A stretch of 64,000 bases of DNA, from assembly GCA_963691875.1 (NCBI GenBank), contig OY829846.1, positions 4,576,001 through 4,640,000 of the forward strand, written 5' to 3'. Positions 60,131 through 64,000 of this stretch are shown here, one piece after another. The notes under the pieces are model-generated. The model worked only from the letters and a program-made list of their open reading frames with translations, did no database searches and was not told where the DNA came from. Position 1 is the stretch's first letter. Each line of letters begins with the position of its first letter. Source of the DNA: Aureliella sp. Lineage in GTDB: Bacteria; Planctomycetota; Planctomycetia; Pirellulales; Pirellulaceae. The translations under genes and the position numbers were made by a program.

Positions 60131-60925
60131 ATGTCCGCTGTCGACGAACGATTCGCTGAACTCAAAGCTGCCAATAAGAAGGCATTTGTCCCCTTCATAA
60201 CTGCTGGTGATCCGTCCCTGGATGTCACCACGGCTGTGCTCAAGAAGCTGTCGGAGTGCGGTTCGGCGATTGGCGAAGTTGGAATTCCCTATAGCGATCC
60301 GATTGCCGATGGACCCGTGATTCAAGCCTCGTACACGCGTGCCCTCGACGCAGGGATTCGGTTGAATCAAATTTTTGACGCCGTTGGTTCGGTGGCTCCG
60401 CGACTTGAGATGCCGTTGGTTTCGATGGTCAGCTATTCGATCATTCAGCGGCAAGGATCAGAAAAATATTTGGCCGAAGCGAAGGCGGCTGGCTTTTCTG
60501 GAGCGATTGTGCCGGATCTGCTCGTGGAAGAATCAGAGTCGCTCCGGAATTTGTGTCGGGAGCAGGACTTTAGTTTGATTCACTTGGTAACGCCAACGAC
60601 GCCGCGCGAGCGGATGTTGGAGATCGCCAAAGCTTCGACGGGGTTCATCTATTTCGTTTCCGTGACCGGCATTACTGGGGAACGAAACGAGTTGCCGCCT
60701 GATTTGCTTGAGCAGGTGCGATGGTTGCGTGAAAGAACGGAATTGCCAATCTGTATTGGATTCGGCATCAGCCGTGTCGAGCACGTGAAGTTGCTCGCTC
60801 CCGTGGCCGATGGCCTGATTGTCGGTTCTGCCATTGTTCGTCGCTTGGTGGAGAGCACCGATTCTGACCAAGCTCTTACAAGTGTCGAAGAACTGGCCAA
60901 AGAATTGATTGGCGCAATGGGTTAG
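60131..60925 (+). CDS. trpA: tryptophan synthase alpha subunit
   Basis: ITAGDP, EVGIPYSDPIADGPVIQ, SVTGITG, GFGIS and ADG.IVGSA. Confidence 0.97.
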   Translation: MSAVDERFAELKAANKKAFVPFITAGDPSLDVTTAVLKKLSECGSAIGEVGIPYSDPIADGPVIQASYTRALDAGIRLNQIFDAVGSVAPRLEMPLVSMVSYSIIQRQGSEKYLAEAKAAGFSGAIVPDLLVEESESLRNLCREQDFSLIHLVTPTTPRERMLEIAKASTGFIYFVSVTGITGERNELPPDLLEQVRWLRERTELPICIGFGISRVEHVKLLAPVADGLIVGSAIVRRLVESTDSDQALTSVEELAKELIGAMG

Positions 60926-60993
60926 GTGGTCTAAAGCTCATCCAAATGTAGGTCAGCTGTCCCAGTTAATTCCTTGGATCTGGCCCAACGGAC

Positions 60994-61016
60994 CACAGGC
61001 AAGATGCCTATTCCAT
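60994..61016. repeat. degenerate REP-like short palindromic repeat
   Basis: CACAGGCAAGATGCCTATTCCAT, overlapping the comB stop codon. Confidence 0.4.
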
Positions 61017-61754
61017 CGAAGAGGGCTGGCATCGAAAGCAATCCGTCGCGGCTGAAGAATTGGCAGGCACGAGGTTCAAATAGTCAACTTGGGCGGCGAA
61101 TTTTAGGTCTTTTTCGTAGCCAGCTTCAATCAGATTCTGACCTCCAGCGGCCGTGTGGAACGCGTTAGAAATGCGAGCTTGATAAGATTCCCAAGCCGCC
61201 AATGCTATCGCGGCTCCGTCGCCAGTGATGATAGCTCGAGAGACTTGAAGTGCAGCCAAGATCGCTCCAGCTGCAAGAACGTCCTCCAATGCGATCTGGC
61301 CGTCGGTGCCCGCGCAGATTAACTGGGCCGAAACAGGACTCTCCGACTGTAATCGCTGTGCGACCGTGTGGCGATTAACGAGTGCGGCGAGCCATACTGA
61401 GGTTGTGCCCGATTCTTGAGCTGCTGAGATAGCTCGCGTGCCATTCGTCGTTGTGAAGAACAGAGATTTGCCACTTACAGACTCTGAAGTGTATTCATAA
61501 GGACTGTTGCCCAGGTCGAATCCATCGATCTTGTGGCCGTCACGTTCACCGCAGAGAGCGGTTGCGTTCTTTGCTTTGGAGCAAGCATCACGCATGGAGC
61601 GAATCTGATCGATCTCGGAAGCGACCTGTAGTTCCTCGGCACCAGCCTTGAAAGCTTGGCAAGCTGTTGTCGTGAAGCGTAGTGTGTCGATGACGATCGC
61701 AAGTTCTGAGGGCGCCGAGATCAGATTGGGAAGCAGGGCCACTTGAATATTCAT
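61008..61754 (-). CDS. comB: 2-phosphosulfolactate phosphatase family protein
   Basis: IVID.LR.TTT, GER.G..I.GFDLGNSP, TTTNGT.A and CAG..G..ALED..AAG. Confidence 0.88.
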   Translation of the reverse strand: MNIQVALLPNLISAPSELAIVIDTLRFTTTACQAFKAGAEELQVASEIDQIRSMRDACSKAKNATALCGERDGHKIDGFDLGNSPYEYTSESVSGKSLFFTTTNGTRAISAAQESGTTSVWLAALVNRHTVAQRLQSESPVSAQLICAGTDGQIALEDVLAAGAILAALQVSRAIITGDGAAIALAAWESYQARISNAFHTAAGGQNLIEAGYEKDLKFAAQVDYLNLVPANSSAATDCFRCQPSSME

Positions 61755-62080
61755 GGTTTTTCTCGTTCTCTTGGATTTCAGCCGTCGAGCGTACTAGGTA
61801 GAGCGTTCGCTCCGGTTCTATTGAGAGCTAACCCTATGTGCGAATCGACTTTGCTGTGGAGTTGATACTCCAAGTAGGTCAACTGTCTCAGTAGCTCTCT
61901 CGGATCTGGTGACCAGCTGGGCAAACTGGAATGGGCAATTGAGGCAATGGACCTCCTTTCCTAAGGCCAGAAAATGCGTTCGTGCGAATCTGGCCGCAAC
62001 CCCACAAGCCTGGGGGCGAGGCCTTATAATTGTCGCTCCGTCCGATTTGGACCATCCCCAACTTGAGTAGATTGCATCCC

Positions 62081-64000
62081 ATGTCACCGTTGCCAAGCGA
62101 TATTGAGCAGGCCCTGCAGAAATTTGGGCTGAGCGAGTTTCGTCCAGGCCAGCGTGAGGTGATTGAGTCTATCGTCTCGGGCAGCGATTGCATGTGCATC
62201 ATGCCCACCGGTGGTGGGAAGAGCCTATGCTACCAACTGCCTAGCATTATTCGATCCGGCTTGACGATCGTCGTGTCGCCATTAATTGCGTTGATGAAGG
62301 ATCAAGTCGACAGTCTCTCGGCCCGCGGCATCTCAGCCGCTTTGATCAACAGTTCTCTATCTGCTTCTGAGCAAGCTTCACGCCTGCAAGCCGTTGCCAG
62401 CGGGCATTATCAGCTGGTTTATGTGGCTCCTGAACGTCTGCGAAACCAACGCTTCCTGGAAGCGATTCGAGCAACTCCGATTCAATTGCTTGCCGTTGAC
62501 GAGGCGCATTGTATTAGTCAGTGGGGACACGACTTTCGTCCCGACTACACGCGAATTGGGAAGTTCCGCGAGTTACTCGGCGGTGTACAGACCGTAGCGT
62601 TAACCGCTACTGCAACGCCGAAAGTGCGGCAAGATATCATTGATGTGCTGCACATCAAACGCGCTAAGCAATTCATGAGCGGCTTTGCGCGGCCCAATCT
62701 GCATTTTGGCGTGGTGACCTCAAACAACGACAAGGAGAAAGAGCAGGAAGTTGTCCAGTTTTTGGACCGAGAGCCAGGCTCGGGAATCATATATTGTGCA
62801 ACCCGGAAACGTTGCGAAGCCTTGGTGGAACTGCTTTCCAAAAAATCAAAGGCTTCTGTCGGAGCTTACCATGGTGGCTTGATGCCAGATCAGCGCAAGG
62901 CCATTCAAGATCGATTTATGAAGGGTGATCTGGAGATCGTGGTCGCCACGAATGCGTTCGGAATGGGCATCGACAAGTCTGACCTAAGATTTGTGCTGCA
63001 CTACAATATGCCTGGATCCTTAGAGGCCTACTATCAAGAGGCAGGGCGAGCGGGACGTGATGGAAAGCAATCGCAGTGCGTGATGCTCTACTCTTTTCAA
63101 GACCGTCACATCCAAGAGTTCTTTATTGAGAATAGCTACCCAGAGAGGCAGTTGATTCAACAAGTCTACGAATTCTTGCTTTCGCGTGATGAGGATCCGA
63201 TCGAGCTAACGCAGGAAGAGATTCGTGATCGACTTGGAGTGCAGGTTTCGCCAGAGGCCATCGGGAGTTGCTTGCAAATTCTGGCTCGAACGCAGGTCAT
63301 TGATCGGCTAGAAATGGGCGGTGGTCTGGCCATGGTCCGCATCGATAGCAACTTACCAACATTGGTTGATTTGCTGCCTCGCGAGGCAAAGGTGCGGCGG
63401 CAAGTCATGCGATTTATTGAAAACGCGATCGGTGATCGACGCGGAGAAGAAGTTTTCTTGCATCCGAGATGGATGTTGCAAGAGTCAGGCCTGCAGCGGG
63501 ATACACTGACTCGTGCCTTGCGTGAACTGAACAAGTTAGGTGGCTTCGATTACATTCCTCCGTTTCGCGGACGAGCGGCGCACTTTCGGCGACGTGATCT
63601 CGAGTTTAATGATTTGCAAATTGACTTTGCGAATTTGAAGAAACGCAAGGAAGCGGAATACGATCGACTCAATCAAGTTGTTAAGTACGCGCAAACGCCG
63701 CTTTGCCGACAGACCTCGATTCTAAAATACTTTGGCGACGCGGAAACGGATGACTGCACGCGCTGTGATCGTTGTGGATTGCGCCCAGGCTGGCCCAAGT
63801 TTGATGTGCCGGAGAGCGAAAGATCCCCATCGAAGAACAAGTCAAACTTGGTGACTGGTCAAGATTCAACCTTGGCTCTTGCAGGTGTGCTGGGCGTTCA
63901 GACCGCTGAGCAGTTGAAACCGAAGGTGGAAGTAGATCCGGCGATTCGTTCCGCGATTGAGCAGATCGTCGACGCCATTCAACGCATTCACGGACGACTT
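62081..64000 (+). CDS. recQ: RecQ family ATP-dependent DNA helicase, truncated at window end (missing from the ORF track because no stop is reached)
   Basis: Translated by eye: FRPGQ, MPTGGGKSLCYQLP, DEAHCISQWGHDFRP, LTATAT, ATNAFGMGIDK, YYQEAGRAGRDG and Zn site CR..ILKYFG...C..CD.C. Confidence 0.93.
   Translation, partial: MSPLPSDIEQALQKFGLSEFRPGQREVIESIVSGSDCMCIMPTGGGKSLCYQLPSIIRSGLTIVVSPLIALMKDQVDSLSARGISAALINSSLSASEQASRLQAVASGHYQLVYVAPERLRNQRFLEAIRATPIQLLAVDEAHCISQWGHDFRPDYTRIGKFRELLGGVQTVALTATATPKVRQDIIDVLHIKRAKQFMSGFARPNLHFGVVTSNNDKEKEQEVVQFLDREPGSGIIYCATRKRCEALVELLSKKSKASVGAYHGGLMPDQRKAIQDRFMKGDLEIVVATNAFGMGIDKSDLRFVLHYNMPGSLEAYYQEAGRAGRDGKQSQCVMLYSFQDRHIQEFFIENSYPERQLIQQVYEFLLSRDEDPIELTQEEIRDRLGVQVSPEAIGSCLQILARTQVIDRLEMGGGLAMVRIDSNLPTLVDLLPREAKVRRQVMRFIENAIGDRRGEEVFLHPRWMLQESGLQRDTLTRALRELNKLGGFDYIPPFRGRAAHFRRRDLEFNDLQIDFANLKKRKEAEYDRLNQVVKYAQTPLCRQTSILKYFGDAETDDCTRCDRCGLRPGWPKFDVPESERSPSKNKSNLVTGQDSTLALAGVLGVQTAEQLKPKVEVDPAIRSAIEQIVDAIQRIHGRL

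Noticed and set aside
61008..61754. comB as evidence of coenzyme M biosynthesis
   Set aside because: ComB-family phosphatases are widespread without the pathway, and no comA, comC or comDE genes are in the window.
61949..61966. GGACCTCCTTTCCTAAGG resembling the 16S rRNA 3' end
   Set aside because: Only the anti-SD-like core matches and no other rRNA sequence flanks it. It is better read as an SD on the minus strand.

Overview
This window looks like ~55% GC chromosomal DNA from a planctomycete, probably Pirellulaceae-like. That assignment is inferred from the DUF1559 prepilin-like proteins, TIGR03000, CRTAC1/ASPIC-UnbV, DUF1501/DUF1800 and PEP-CTERM genes. Housekeeping genes include bioA (partial), pcm, pgi, gpmI, an rlmI-like methyltransferase, trpB, trpA, comB and a recQ that runs off the right edge and is absent from the ORF track. 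They flank three envelope/secretion blocks: (1) a cobalamin riboswitch (7622-7823, minus strand) leading a two-gene DUF1559 pilin-like + DUF4465/PEP-CTERM operon, a candidate non-canonical B12-scavenging module; (2) a ~17.5 kb island (14.3-31.8 kb) with three TPR-CRTAC1 pairs, a DUF1559 protein, FG-GAP and LRR proteins, and mono- and hepta-heme cytochromes c; (3) a type II secretion-like operon (gspD,E,F,G,H,I,J,K,C-like,L,M plus a TPR lipoprotein) between a DUF1800/DUF1501 pair and a PEP-CTERM gene. Other notable items are a DHDPS-family aldolase with an apparent C-terminal microcompartment encapsulation peptide, an apparently exported Pcm with an extra domain, an SdpAB-like/HTTM gene pair and a degenerate REP-like repeat family. 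No rRNA, tRNA, CRISPR array or transposase was recognised. All family calls are by eye from motifs; no database search was run.
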